From the NCBI GenBank assembly GCA_026393775.1, contig JAPKZM010000159.1, positions 1 to 32,260 on the forward strand: a DNA stretch of 32,260 nt. Direction: 5' to 3'. Below the pieces are notes generated by a model that did not search any database, was not told the DNA's origin, and saw only the letters and a program-made list of their open reading frames with translations. A program made the translations under genes and the position numbers. This DNA comes from Candidatus Aminicenantes bacterium (GTDB lineage Bacteria; Acidobacteriota; Aminicenantia; UBA2199). Numbering within the stretch: position 1 is the stretch's first letter; each line of letters opens with the position of its first letter. This document shows, one piece after another, positions 8,618 through 18,056 of this stretch.

Positions 8618-9177
8618 TGGACCAGAAAGAATTGGCGAAGAAAGTGAAATTGATCATCATGGATGTGGACGGCACCCTGTCGGACGGCCGTTTCTTCATG
8701 ATGCCCAACGGCCAGTCGATCAAGTCTTTTGATGTTAAGGACGGTACCGGCGTGATTTTTGCCCGTCTGGCCGGGCTGAAAACGGCCATCATCACGGGCA
8801 AGTCATCCAAGCAGGTCAAGAAGCGGGCCGAAGAATTGCAAGTCGACGATTATTACGAAGGCGTTTACAATAAGACCGTCCCATTTTTTGAGCTCTTGAA
8901 AAAATACGGCCTTGAGAAAGAGGAAGTAGCCTATATCGGCGACGACATCGGCGACGCCGAGGTCATGGGCATGGTCGGATTCGCCGCGGCAGTCGGCGAT
9001 GCCCATCCGCTGATCAAGCGCGTCTCCCATTACATCGCCAAGCGCTACGGCGGCCGCGGCGCGGTACGCGAGGTAATCGATTTCATCCTTGACGTGCAGG
9101 AGCAGTGGCAGGCCATTTTCGCCGAACTGAAAAAATCGGCCAACTGGGAAGAGATTTTCAAGGAAATCAACTCATAG
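8614..9177 (+). CDS. kdsC: Kdo-8-phosphate phosphatase (HAD superfamily, KdsC type)
   Basis: HAD motif I is IMDVDGTLSDG and the late motif is GDDIGD. ATG 8614 overlaps the kdsD stop (ATGA). The ORF-track start 8596 is a GTG further upstream. Confidence 0.8.
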   Translation: MMDQKELAKKVKLIIMDVDGTLSDGRFFMMPNGQSIKSFDVKDGTGVIFARLAGLKTAIITGKSSKQVKKRAEELQVDDYYEGVYNKTVPFFELLKKYGLEKEEVAYIGDDIGDAEVMGMVGFAAAVGDAHPLIKRVSHYIAKRYGGRGAVREVIDFILDVQEQWQAIFAELKKSANWEEIFKEINS

Positions 9178-9213
9178 CCCGGATCGTTCATCTTGTCCTT
9201 TAAGGAGTCGGGA

Positions 9214-10875
9214 ATGGCCAGGCGAAAAAAATTGAAATCGTTTTTTCTGGGGCTCCTGCTGTTGGGCTTCATCTCGTTCGCTCCGGCAGCAGCACCGGCC
9301 ATTCCGGCGGAGACGCCGGAACGGCCGCTGCTGCTGAAAATCGCCCCGCCTGCCGAGGAAGTCATTCGCGTTGTCGTCGCTGCCGGCGGAACGGTGGTGC
9401 AGGATTTGCGCTCCAGCCTGCTGGTCAGCGTGCCGGCCGCAGCCGTCTCCCGGCTGCGGGACGAGGGCCTGACTTTTACTTCTGTCGGTTCGCCGGCGCC
9501 GGGCGACTCCTATTTCCTGGTGCAGTCAAAACTTCCGTCGCCGCTGCTGGCCCAGCCGGGAAACATCCATTGCCTACTCCTGGAAGAGGGGGTCTGGCTG
9601 CTGTGGACCGACAATCCCGATTTTCGCGGCTGGCTGATCCAGCCGTTCCGCCTGAAGGCGCTTCGGCTGGCCGGGGGTTTCCCTGGCCGCTCCGCGGCCA
9701 TGCCGCCAAGAACAGACGAAGGCGCAGCCGAGTCCCGGGCGCGCAGCGTCTCGGTCATCCAGGACCTGGTGGCGAAGGTTTCGCTCGAGCGGCTGAGAAC
9801 CGACATCCTCGCCCTGCAGAATTTCACGACCCGCTATGCCTCCACCGCGCCGTGCGAGGCGGCCGGAGATTTCATCTTGCAGCGCTTCGGCCAGCTGGGC
9901 CTGGCGGCAGCGGCCGATCCGTTCGTTTTTGAATGGCACTACGCCAGCCGGAACATCGTGGCCGTCATCCCCGGAAAAGCCGCCCCGGAACATATGGTCC
10001 TGGTATGCGCCCATTATGATTCCACCAGCAACTATCCCCTGGTCTCGGCGCCGGGGGCCGACGACAACGCCAGCGGCACGGCGGCCATCCTGGAAATGGC
10101 CCGGATACTGGCCGCCGAGAAATTCAACCTTTCCATCGGCCTGCTTTGCGTCTCGGCCGAGGAGTGGGGCTTGTACGGCAGCGCCCATTACGCCCAGGAG
10201 GCCCGCCAGCAAGGCGCCGAGATCATCGCCGTGGTCAACCTGGACATGATCGCCTATCCCGGCAGCCGGCAGCGGGTCCTGGACGTGATCGGCAACCGGC
10301 AGTCGGAATGGCTGGCCGACCGCTTCATCGCCGTTGCCCAGCCCTACGTGGGACTGCGCCTGGCCAAGGTGATCGACGCTTCCCTGACCTGGAGCGACCA
10401 TTCCTCATTCTGGGACCAGGGCTATGCGGCCCTCTGCGGCATCGAGGACAGCGACAATCCCTACTATCACAGCACGAGCGACACGCTGGAAACCCTGGAC
10501 CTGGCTTTTGCCACCGAGGCCGTACAAGCCTCCCTGGCGGCGGTAGCCGAGCTGGCCCAGCCGGTGACTTCCCTGGCAGCGCCGACCGGCCTGCAGGCGC
10601 AAAGCCAGATTTCCGCCTCGCTCTTTGCCAGCGTAAAGACCGTTTTTCTGAACTGGCAGGCGAACCCGGATCCGGTTGCCGGCTATCATGTTTTCCGCGC
10701 CGAGAAGTCGGGCGGCCCCTACCTGCGCCTGACCGCGCAGCCGACAACCGGGACATCATTCAAGGATTCCTTGCTCGCGTCCGACCGGAATTACTTCTAC
10801 GTGCTGACCGCCGTGGACGGGCAAGGCCGGGAAAGCAACTACTCCGGGGAAGTCAGGGACGATGAGAACAATTAA
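9214..10875 (+). CDS. secreted M28-family metallo-aminopeptidase with a C-terminal FN3-like domain
   Basis: Signal peptide present. M28 motifs: NIVAVIPG, VCAHYDS, GADDNASG, SAEEWGLYGS. The C-terminal ~90 aa look FN3-like (YHVFRAE...YFYVLTAVD). aaggag lies 6 nt before ATG 9214. Confidence 0.8.
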   Translation: MARRKKLKSFFLGLLLLGFISFAPAAAPAIPAETPERPLLLKIAPPAEEVIRVVVAAGGTVVQDLRSSLLVSVPAAAVSRLRDEGLTFTSVGSPAPGDSYFLVQSKLPSPLLAQPGNIHCLLLEEGVWLLWTDNPDFRGWLIQPFRLKALRLAGGFPGRSAAMPPRTDEGAAESRARSVSVIQDLVAKVSLERLRTDILALQNFTTRYASTAPCEAAGDFILQRFGQLGLAAAADPFVFEWHYASRNIVAVIPGKAAPEHMVLVCAHYDSTSNYPLVSAPGADDNASGTAAILEMARILAAEKFNLSIGLLCVSAEEWGLYGSAHYAQEARQQGAEIIAVVNLDMIAYPGSRQRVLDVIGNRQSEWLADRFIAVAQPYVGLRLAKVIDASLTWSDHSSFWDQGYAALCGIEDSDNPYYHSTSDTLETLDLAFATEAVQASLAAVAELAQPVTSLAAPTGLQAQSQISASLFASVKTVFLNWQANPDPVAGYHVFRAEKSGGPYLRLTAQPTTGTSFKDSLLASDRNYFYVLTAVDGQGRESNYSGEVRDDENN

Positions 10876-11497
10876 CGTTAAATTTTACCGGCGGCGCGCA
10901 TTTTGGCCGGCCCTGTTTTTGGGGTTGTTTTTTGTTTCATTGCCGGCCGTGACCGGGGCCGTGGAAAAGCCGCGGCAACGATTTTTCATAGGCCTTGCCG
11001 CCGGATACCTTTATCCCCAGCAGGGTGATTTCCGGGAAATCTACAGCAAAGCCATCTGGCCAGTCGAGTTGCAGCTGGAGTTGGCCGTGGGCAGGAAAAT
11101 ATCCGTCTTCAGTGCTGCCCGGTATATGGAAACTTCCGGGAACACCGTGTTGCTCTTCCCCGGGCAGCCCGCTGAAGCCTACGCCTTGAACTGGCGAATG
11201 GCGACCCTGCGTCTGGGCGTGAATTACCGGCTTTCGTCTTCCCGTTTCGTCCCGTTCGTCGGCGCCGGCGCCAGCGCCAGTTTTTACCGTGAGCAGTGGC
11301 TGGATGCGCCGCTGACGACCGAGGGTCGAAAAGCGGGCTTTTTTGTCCAGGCGGGCGGCCGTTATCGTTTGCAGCGCCGCTGGCATGCCCTGGTGCAATT
11401 GGAATACGCTTCGGTCCCGGCCGGCAGCGGCCCGCGCGGGCAGGTCAATCTCGGCGGCCTGAGCCTGTTCCTGGGTTTGCTGGCCGGAATTTTTTAA
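10862..11497 (+). CDS. putative outer-membrane beta-barrel protein
   Basis: Signal peptide, alternating hydrophobic beta-strand pattern, C-terminal Phe (..LLAGIF). No specific family recognised. Confidence 0.5.
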   Translation: MRTINVKFYRRRAFWPALFLGLFFVSLPAVTGAVEKPRQRFFIGLAAGYLYPQQGDFREIYSKAIWPVELQLELAVGRKISVFSAARYMETSGNTVLLFPGQPAEAYALNWRMATLRLGVNYRLSSSRFVPFVGAGASASFYREQWLDAPLTTEGRKAGFFVQAGGRYRLQRRWHALVQLEYASVPAGSGPRGQVNLGGLSLFLGLLAGIF

Positions 11498-11521
11498 GCG
11501 GATTTCAACGGCAAGCGCTTT

Positions 11522-12400
11522 CTATTGACTGGGCAAATTGCGCGCCAGGGCAGCGATGATTTCCTCGGCCACCGGCGTTCGGCCGTTGCTGCCACAGATG
11601 AATCTCCCCTGCCAGACGAACCGGATCGGCCCGTTGTAGGGGTCGTTGACGGTCAGCATCCCCGGTTGGATTTTTTGTCCCGGGTTGACCCTGTCCAACG
11701 CAACGTATTTTTCGAGCATGAAGTGGGCGGCCGCTTCGCTGCCGGCGTCGATGATGAACAGCTGGAAATTTTGCCCGTTGATCAGGTAGTCGGCCGTGTA
11801 GGCCGCGTGCAGGAAATCGTGGCCCAGGAAATGGTTCAGGATGAAGCGTTCCGAATTGGCTATTTTTCCGGCGCCGGGAAAAGCCTGCAGCATTTCCGGC
11901 AACGTGGCCCCGGGGTCGATCGCGGCGGCCATGGCCCGGCCCAGTTCGCGTAGAATGGGCTGTTCTTCCGCAGCGAGCCCGAAAGCGCTGAGCTTAACGT
12001 AATAAGCGGAACAGAAAAAATTCAAGATCCCCGCTTCGGCGTAACCCTGGCTGCCCAGTGAAAAATAATCGCCGGTGGCCGGTTTTTCCGAACTGTACAT
12101 GCCGAAAGCGTTTTCCAGGCTGCCGTGGAAATAGATCTCGGCGCTCAGGACCTGGCCCCGGTCGTTGCCGTAATTCTGCACCAGCAGCCGCTGGCAGCCG
12201 TAGCTGAGAAAATTCTCGGCGGCGCCGTCGATGTATTGGTAGAGATTTTCCGGGGAATAACTCTCGCTCTCCCCCTTTTTCCGCCAGCCGTCGATTTCCG
12301 GGAACATGCCGGCCGGGTCAACGGCTTGCGCGCGCAAGGCGCTGCCGGCGATCGTTGCCAGCAGCCAGACGCTTGCGGATATTCCCATGGATTTCTTCAT
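11522..12400 (-). CDS. exported hypothetical protein
   Basis: 292-aa ORF with a signal peptide (MKKSMGISASVWLLATIAGSALRAQA) and coding-like composition. No family recognised with confidence. Confidence 0.55.
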   Translation of the reverse strand: MKKSMGISASVWLLATIAGSALRAQAVDPAGMFPEIDGWRKKGESESYSPENLYQYIDGAAENFLSYGCQRLLVQNYGNDRGQVLSAEIYFHGSLENAFGMYSSEKPATGDYFSLGSQGYAEAGILNFFCSAYYVKLSAFGLAAEEQPILRELGRAMAAAIDPGATLPEMLQAFPGAGKIANSERFILNHFLGHDFLHAAYTADYLINGQNFQLFIIDAGSEAAAHFMLEKYVALDRVNPGQKIQPGMLTVNDPYNGPIRFVWQGRFICGSNGRTPVAEEIIAALARNLPSQ

Positions 12401-12406
12401 ACGCCC

Positions 12407-13168
12407 TCAAAAATCGGATAAACATCTGAGTATTTTCATGGCCTTGACGGTCGCTTCCACATCGTGGACGCGGAGGATGGCGGCGCCGTTGAGGACCGCC
12501 AGTACGTTGGCGGTGATGGTTTCGGCCAGTCTTTTTTCGGGAACGATCTCGCCGCTCAGGCGGCCGAGGAACGATTTGCGGGAAACACCGACCAGTATCG
12601 GCAGTTCGAATTCGCCGAAGCGCTTGAGGTTCTTGATGATGGCGACATTGTCTTCCAGCCTTTTGCCGAAGCCGATGCCCGGGTCGAGAATGATTTTTTC
12701 CTTTTTGATGCCGTGGCTCAGGGCGAAATCGATCCGTTGCTGGAAATAGTCGTTGATCTCGCCGATGACATCGACGTAAAAGGGATCCTTTTGCATGTTC
12801 TCCGGCGTTCCCTTGATGTGCATCAACGCCACCGGCACGTTCAGCTCGGCCACGGTCGCGGCCATGTGCTCGTCGAACTGCAGGGCGGAGATGTCGTTGA
12901 CCATGTCGGCTCCCCCCTCTTCAACGGCCAGGCGCGCCACGTCGGCCTTGCTGGTGTCGATGGAGACCAGGACCTCGAGTTCTTCCTTGATCTTTTCGAT
13001 GATCGGCAGGACGCGGTCGATCTCCTCCTCGGGGCTCAGCTGGCCGGCCCCCGGCCGGGTGCTTTCGCCGCCGACGTCGATGATATCGGCGTCGGGGGTG
13101 ATGTTGAGAATGCCCATGATCAGCGGTTCGCTTTTTTCGATGAAATGGTTTTTCAGGTAAAGCTTCAT
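12407..13168 (-). CDS. folP: dihydropteroate synthase with an apparent in-frame gap after the TPD motif
   Basis: Motifs MGILNITPD, IIDVGGESTRPG, SIDTSK, DPGIGFGK, SRKSF and ILRVHDV. ATG 13168 overlaps the upstream gene's stop (ATGA). The ORF-track extension to 13774 is spurious. Confidence 0.85.
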   Translation of the reverse strand: MKLYLKNHFIEKSEPLIMGILNITPDADIIDVGGESTRPGAGQLSPEEEIDRVLPIIEKIKEELEVLVSIDTSKADVARLAVEEGGADMVNDISALQFDEHMAATVAELNVPVALMHIKGTPENMQKDPFYVDVIGEINDYFQQRIDFALSHGIKKEKIILDPGIGFGKRLEDNVAIIKNLKRFGEFELPILVGVSRKSFLGRLSGEIVPEKRLAETITANVLAVLNGAAILRVHDVEATVKAMKILRCLSDF

Positions 13169-14637
13169 CGGCGGACCCTGCCGGGACGTTTTTTTTGCGA
13201 GTCCTTGAAAATTTTCAACCCCTGGGCGCGGGTGCGAAAAGCGCCGTCCAGCTGCAGGTCGTACAATTTCTTCAAATGCGCGCCCATCTGCCGGCCCGGA
13301 GCCACGCCCAGGGCGATCAGGTCGCGGCCCTGGATGAGGGGCCGGATGCTCTCCTGGCTGATGCGGTATTCCTCCTTTTTGCGGCTGAACCAGAGGGCGA
13401 TCTCGTCGAGGCCGCTGAAATCGAGCGGCTGCGATTCGCGCGAACGGCGGTCGGCGAAATCGAGCAGCAGCAGGAGCGGGTCTTCGCCGTCCATATCCTT
13501 GACGGCGCGGGCGATCGCCTTGAAGCTGATCGCCTCGCGGTTGCGGTACAGCTCGTAAATCCGGTGATGCTGCTGCACCAGGCGCAGGATGGTTTTTTTC
13601 AGGGGAAAACTCCGCCAGTTTTCGACGCGCAGCCTGCCCAGCAGCGCCGCGGCCTTCTGGCTGCCTTGCGAATCGTGGAAGGCCGAGGTGACCGTCATCC
13701 GTCCCCGTTTGAATTCCCAGGAAGTGGTCGCCGCCTTGCCGCAATCGTGCAGCAGGGCGGCCAGCAGCAGGCACAGCGACCGCTCCTCGTCCAGGTGGTA
13801 TTGGTCGGCTAATTTCTTGACGATATCGACCGTGATCAGCGTATGGGCCCAGACCGAATGGTGCCCCTGCTCATCCTGCTCGGGATGGAAGTAGGCGTCC
13901 TGGATGGTCAGGGCCAGGACGGCCAGCTCGGGGAAAAGTTTTTCCATGACCGTCAGGCGAAAGTATTCCTGGAGACCGGCGGAAGGCTGCGGCGATTCGA
14001 GCAGCAGCCGGAACAGCTCGTCGGCGACTCGTTCAGCGCTCAACTCGGCCAGCAACACCTTCTTGGACTTGGCGTAGATGGCCTTGTCGACAACGAAGTT
14101 GTGCACGGCGGCGAAGCGGGCGGCGCGCAGGACGCGCAGCGGGTCGTCGCTGAAGCTGGCCGGGCTGGTCATGACGATGCGTTTCTCGGCGACGGCCTTC
14201 ATTCCCTGATGCGGGTCGACGACCGCCCCGTCTTTCAGGCGCACGGCGATAGAATTACAGGTGAAATCGCGCCTGCCCAGATCCTCTTCCAGCGTGACTT
14301 GCGGCCCGGCTTCGATGCGGAAGTTTTTGTGGCCGCTGGACAGGTCGTCCTTCTTCCGATCGCGGCGGGGGATGGAGATGTCGAAGGTTTTCCCTTCCCG
14401 GGTGAACTTGAGCACGGCGAAGCTCTTGCCGACGGTGTCGGTCTTGCCGTGGGGCTTCAGCGCGGCGGCGATCTCGTCGTAGGTGCTGCCGCAGACCAGC
14501 AAATCGACATCCTGATCCTCGTTGGCCCGGCCGTAGAGGATGAAATCGCGAACCGTCCCGCCCACCACGTAGACTTGGTCGGCGAAGACGGAGACGAAGA
14601 AATCCTTCATCGGGAACCGCAACGAGAGCCGCTTCAT
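13165..14637 (-). CDS. tRNA nucleotidyltransferase (CCA-adding) / poly(A) polymerase-family enzyme with HD domain
   Basis: Has the head-domain motif VVGGTVRDFILYG..DVDLLV, an RDFT motif and an HD motif (LLAALLHDCGK). The likely start is MKRLSL at 14637, preceded by aagga. Confidence 0.8.
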   Translation of the reverse strand: MKRLSLRFPMKDFFVSVFADQVYVVGGTVRDFILYGRANEDQDVDLLVCGSTYDEIAAALKPHGKTDTVGKSFAVLKFTREGKTFDISIPRRDRKKDDLSSGHKNFRIEAGPQVTLEEDLGRRDFTCNSIAVRLKDGAVVDPHQGMKAVAEKRIVMTSPASFSDDPLRVLRAARFAAVHNFVVDKAIYAKSKKVLLAELSAERVADELFRLLLESPQPSAGLQEYFRLTVMEKLFPELAVLALTIQDAYFHPEQDEQGHHSVWAHTLITVDIVKKLADQYHLDEERSLCLLLAALLHDCGKAATTSWEFKRGRMTVTSAFHDSQGSQKAAALLGRLRVENWRSFPLKKTILRLVQQHHRIYELYRNREAISFKAIARAVKDMDGEDPLLLLLDFADRRSRESQPLDFSGLDEIALWFSRKKEEYRISQESIRPLIQGRDLIALGVAPGRQMGAHLKKLYDLQLDGAFRTRAQGLKIFKDSQKKRPGRVRR

Positions 14638-14690
14638 GGTCCTTTGATCATAATGATTTCGGCCGCTGAAGTCAAACCCGCCTGCCAACA

Positions 14691-14770
14691 CACGGCAAGC
14701 CTGTTTTGAGCGAACCTCAGGATTTGATCATGGGTACCCCTCGGGTGAACGAATGAACAGGCTTGCCGTG
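14691..14770. repeat. perfect 15-bp inverted repeat with a 50-nt spacer in a divergent intergenic region
   Basis: cacggcaagcctgtt (14691-14705) and aacaggcttgccgtg (14756-14770) are exact reverse complements. Confidence 0.65.
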
Positions 14771-14776
14771 CCGAAT

Positions 14777-14806
14777 TTGAGAGGAAATTCAGGTTGGTGC
14801 TATAAT
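14777..14806 (+). promoter_or_regulatory. sigma70-type promoter with extended -10 (TTGAGA-N18-TGcTATAAT) upstream of mfd
   Basis: ttgaga at 14777-14782 and tgc+tataat at 14798-14806. The -10 ends only 7 nt before the mfd ATG at 14814. Confidence 0.45.
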
Positions 14807-14813
14807 CGAAGGC

Positions 14814-17800
14814 ATGCTCGAGACCGTTTTCAGCCCCGATTTTTTTGCCGCCCTTGACGGACGCACACTCCTACAAGGGGACGGACGTAACCGTCCAGCC
14901 CGCATCGAGATCGATTCGCTGGACCCGGATGTGCAGGAGCTGGCCGTGGCCGCGATCTTCGCCTGCAGCGCGGAGAATATCGTCTGGCTGGGCGGCGAGA
15001 ACGAATCCTTTGCCGCCCGGGGGCAAAAACTGGGGCAGTGGTTGAAGTTTTTCGGCCGCGAAAACGTTTTCGTGCACACCTATACCCTGCCTTTCGAGGA
15101 TCCATACATCGGCGTTGCCCCCGACCCCTCGCGGATCGCGGCCAAGCAGCGGCTGCTGGCCGATCTGCGCGCCGGCCGCAAGCTGATCGTCTTGACGACC
15201 CTGGCGGCGCTGAGCCTGCGCATCGAAAAGGAAGCGAACGGCGCCGGCAACGGCCTGGAGATCATGCGCGACGACCTTTGGGAGCGCAACGAGCTCATCC
15301 AACGGATCGTCGGCCTCGGTTATCAGAGCCGTGAAGCCGTTGAGCTCAACGGCGATATCGCTTGGCGCGGCAACGTGGTCGACTTCTTCCCGGTCGACGG
15401 CGCCAGCCCGGTGCGCCTGGAGTTCGAAGGCCGGCGGCTCGTTTCGCTGCGTTCCTTCGACCTCGATTCGCAGCGTTCGCTGAACGCCTTGTCAGCGGTG
15501 CGCGTCGTCGCCAACCGCTATTTTCCCGAGGCCGCTGACCCGGACCGCCCCTTCCTGCTGCCGGCGGAAAATTCGTCGTTCCTGACCGAGGCGCTCTCCC
15601 CCTGCCGGCTGATCGCCTCGAATATTTCCAAACTTGACAACGAATACCGCAAATTGCTGGAAAATTTCGAGCGCATCCGCCGCGCCGTCGCCGAGAACCG
15701 CAAAGCCACGCTCGCGGTCGAGGCGATTTTCAATTTTCCCTACGAAAAGGAAAGGGTTATCGATTTCACCGACTTCCCGGCCCGGGCCGGGGCGGAGGCG
15801 GAGATCAAAAGCTGGCCCAAGACGCTGCTGACGCTGGACAACAACGATATCGCGCACCTGAAGCAGCGGGCGGCGCGGGGCTTCCGTTTGCGCGCCTACG
15901 CGGCCGACAGCCGCTTGCTGGAGAACGTGCGGGCCCTGGTGCCGGAGCTGGAAAGCCATTTTTTCAACATTCCCTGCTCTTTCGAGAACCAACGCCTGAA
16001 AACCGTCTTCCTGACCGGTCGGGCCTTTCAACTTCGCGAGCCCGGCGAAAAGGTCCGCGCCCGCGGCCCCGAGCAATGGCGGCGTGAAATGGCCGTGGGC
16101 GACCTGGTCGTCCACCGCCGCCACGGCATCGGCAGGTTCGCCGGCTTCAAGCGCCTCCATTTCGAAGGCCAGACCGATGAATTCCTGAAGATCGAATACC
16201 AGGAGCGCGAATTCCTTTACGTGCCCTGGCACGAGCTCGATGTCTTGAAGCCCTACAGCGGCACGGAGGGGGGCGCGCCGGCCCTGGACCGCCTGGGTGG
16301 GAAAACGTGGCGCCTCAAGACCGAGCGGGCCAAAAAAGCGATCGTGCACTACACGCGGGAGCTGCTCAATCTCTACGCCATGCGCAAGTCGCTGCGCAAA
16401 CCCGCCCTGCCGCCGGTGGCCGACATCGAGGAGAAGCTGCAGCGCGACTTTTCCTTCGTGGAGACCGAGGACCAGAAGAAGGCCATCCGCGCGGTCCTGG
16501 ACGACATGGCCGCCGATTTTCCCATGGACCGCCTGATCTGCGGCGATGTCAGCTTCGGCAAGACCGAAGTGGCGCTGCGCGCTACGTTACGCGCCGTAAC
16601 CAACGGCAAGCAGGTGGCTTTTCTCTGCCCGACCACCATCCTGGCCCTGCAGCACTACCGCAACTTCCAGCGCCGCCTGGCCGATTTCCCCCTGCGCCTG
16701 GCCATGCTCTCGCGCCTGGTGGGCGCTGCCGAAAAAAAGCGCATCGTGGCCGGAATCGAGCAGGGCCGGGTCGACCTGGTCATCGGCACTCATGCGCTGC
16801 TGGCCAAGGGGGTGGCCTTCAAGAACCTGGGGCTCTTCATCGTTGACGAGGAGCAGCGCTTCGGCGTCTTTCAGAAGGAGAAATTGAAGCAGGGCCGCGA
16901 GCATGTCGACGTCCTGACCCTGTCGGCCACGCCCATCCCGCGCACCCTATCCATGGCCCTCTCGGGGCTGCAGGATATTTCGATCATCAATACGCCGCCG
17001 CTGGGCCGGCTGGCCGTCAAGAACTTCGTGGGCTATTTTTCCCGGGAAATCGTCGTCTCGGCCGTGCTCAACGAGATCGAGCGCGACGGGTTGGTTTTCG
17101 TGGTCTTCAACGACATCGAACAGATATTCGCCTTCCGCGACCAGCTGGCCGCCTGGCTGCCCGACGTGGCCATCGCCGTCATCCACGCCCAGATGGCGAC
17201 GGCGCAGATCGAAAAAAACCTGATGGACTTCATCGCCGGCAAGTACCGGCTGCTCCTGTCCACCACCATCATCGAGAACGGCATCGACATCCCCAGGGTG
17301 AACACGCTGCTGGTGATCCATGCCGACCGCCTGGGCCTGACCCAGATGTACCAGCTGCGCGGCCGCATCGGCCGCGGCAGCCGCCAGGCCCATGCCTATT
17401 TCCTGGTCGACGCCCGCCAGCCGGTCGTGAGCGACAAGGCGAAGAAAAGGCTGGACGCCATCCGCGAATTCTCCGAACTGGGCTCGGGCTATAAGCTGGC
17501 CGAGTTCGACCTGAGCTTGCGCGGCGCCGGGGCGCTGCTGGGCAACCGCCAGCACGGCCATGTCGAGGCGCTGGGTTACGACTATTTTTTGGAGCTGCTG
17601 CGCCAGGCGATACGCGAGTTCAAGGGCGAGGCCGCGGAGGAACGGCCGCTGGAGATACGCGTCCATTTCCCCTACGCCATCAGCGACGCCTACATCGGCA
17701 ACACCTCCGAAAGGATCGCCACCTACCGCCGGGTGCTGGAAAGCCGCGATCCGGCCGAGCTGGAGGCCTTGCGCGCCGAGCTGCACGATCGCTACGGCCA

Positions 17801-18056
17801 AATGCCCGAAAATGTGGAAAAGATCTTCTACGTGGGGGGGGTGAAATTATTCGCCCGCCTGTACGGCTGGGAAAAGGCGGAAGTGTTCGCCGACCGGGTG
17901 CAGGTGGGCTTGAGCCGGGAAGTGCCGTTGAAGGTTGTGGCGGAAAACGTTGTTTCCGGGCTGGAGGCTGTCGATGGGCGGAACTGGGAGCTGAAATTCG
18001 ATACCCTGGACGGTTTCATCCAGCTGGGCAAAAGCCTGAAACGGATATTTCTTTAG
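14814..18056 (+). CDS. mfd: transcription-repair coupling factor
   Basis: 1080 aa. Has a CarD-like RNAP-interacting domain (GDLVVHRRHGIGRFAG), an SF2 helicase core (GDVSFGKTEVA, DEEQRFG, LSATPIPRT, QLRGRIGRG) and a TRCF C-terminal domain. Confidence 0.9.
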   Translation: MLETVFSPDFFAALDGRTLLQGDGRNRPARIEIDSLDPDVQELAVAAIFACSAENIVWLGGENESFAARGQKLGQWLKFFGRENVFVHTYTLPFEDPYIGVAPDPSRIAAKQRLLADLRAGRKLIVLTTLAALSLRIEKEANGAGNGLEIMRDDLWERNELIQRIVGLGYQSREAVELNGDIAWRGNVVDFFPVDGASPVRLEFEGRRLVSLRSFDLDSQRSLNALSAVRVVANRYFPEAADPDRPFLLPAENSSFLTEALSPCRLIASNISKLDNEYRKLLENFERIRRAVAENRKATLAVEAIFNFPYEKERVIDFTDFPARAGAEAEIKSWPKTLLTLDNNDIAHLKQRAARGFRLRAYAADSRLLENVRALVPELESHFFNIPCSFENQRLKTVFLTGRAFQLREPGEKVRARGPEQWRREMAVGDLVVHRRHGIGRFAGFKRLHFEGQTDEFLKIEYQEREFLYVPWHELDVLKPYSGTEGGAPALDRLGGKTWRLKTERAKKAIVHYTRELLNLYAMRKSLRKPALPPVADIEEKLQRDFSFVETEDQKKAIRAVLDDMAADFPMDRLICGDVSFGKTEVALRATLRAVTNGKQVAFLCPTTILALQHYRNFQRRLADFPLRLAMLSRLVGAAEKKRIVAGIEQGRVDLVIGTHALLAKGVAFKNLGLFIVDEEQRFGVFQKEKLKQGREHVDVLTLSATPIPRTLSMALSGLQDISIINTPPLGRLAVKNFVGYFSREIVVSAVLNEIERDGLVFVVFNDIEQIFAFRDQLAAWLPDVAIAVIHAQMATAQIEKNLMDFIAGKYRLLLSTTIIENGIDIPRVNTLLVIHADRLGLTQMYQLRGRIGRGSRQAHAYFLVDARQPVVSDKAKKRLDAIREFSELGSGYKLAEFDLSLRGAGALLGNRQHGHVEALGYDYFLELLRQAIREFKGEAAEERPLEIRVHFPYAISDAYIGNTSERIATYRRVLESRDPAELEALRAELHDRYGQMPENVEKIFYVGGVKLFARLYGWEKAEVFADRVQVGLSREVPLKVVAENVVSGLEAVDGRNWELKFDTLDGFIQLGKSLKRIFL

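Noticed and set aside
13169-13774. N-terminal 202-aa extension of the folP ORF in the ORF track (455 aa in total)
   Set aside because: The extension is Pro/Arg/Gly/Ala-rich low-complexity sequence. It overlaps, out of frame, the 3' part of the recognisable CCA/HD-domain gene. DHPS homology starts exactly at MKLYLK (ATG 13168), which overlaps the upstream stop as ATGA.
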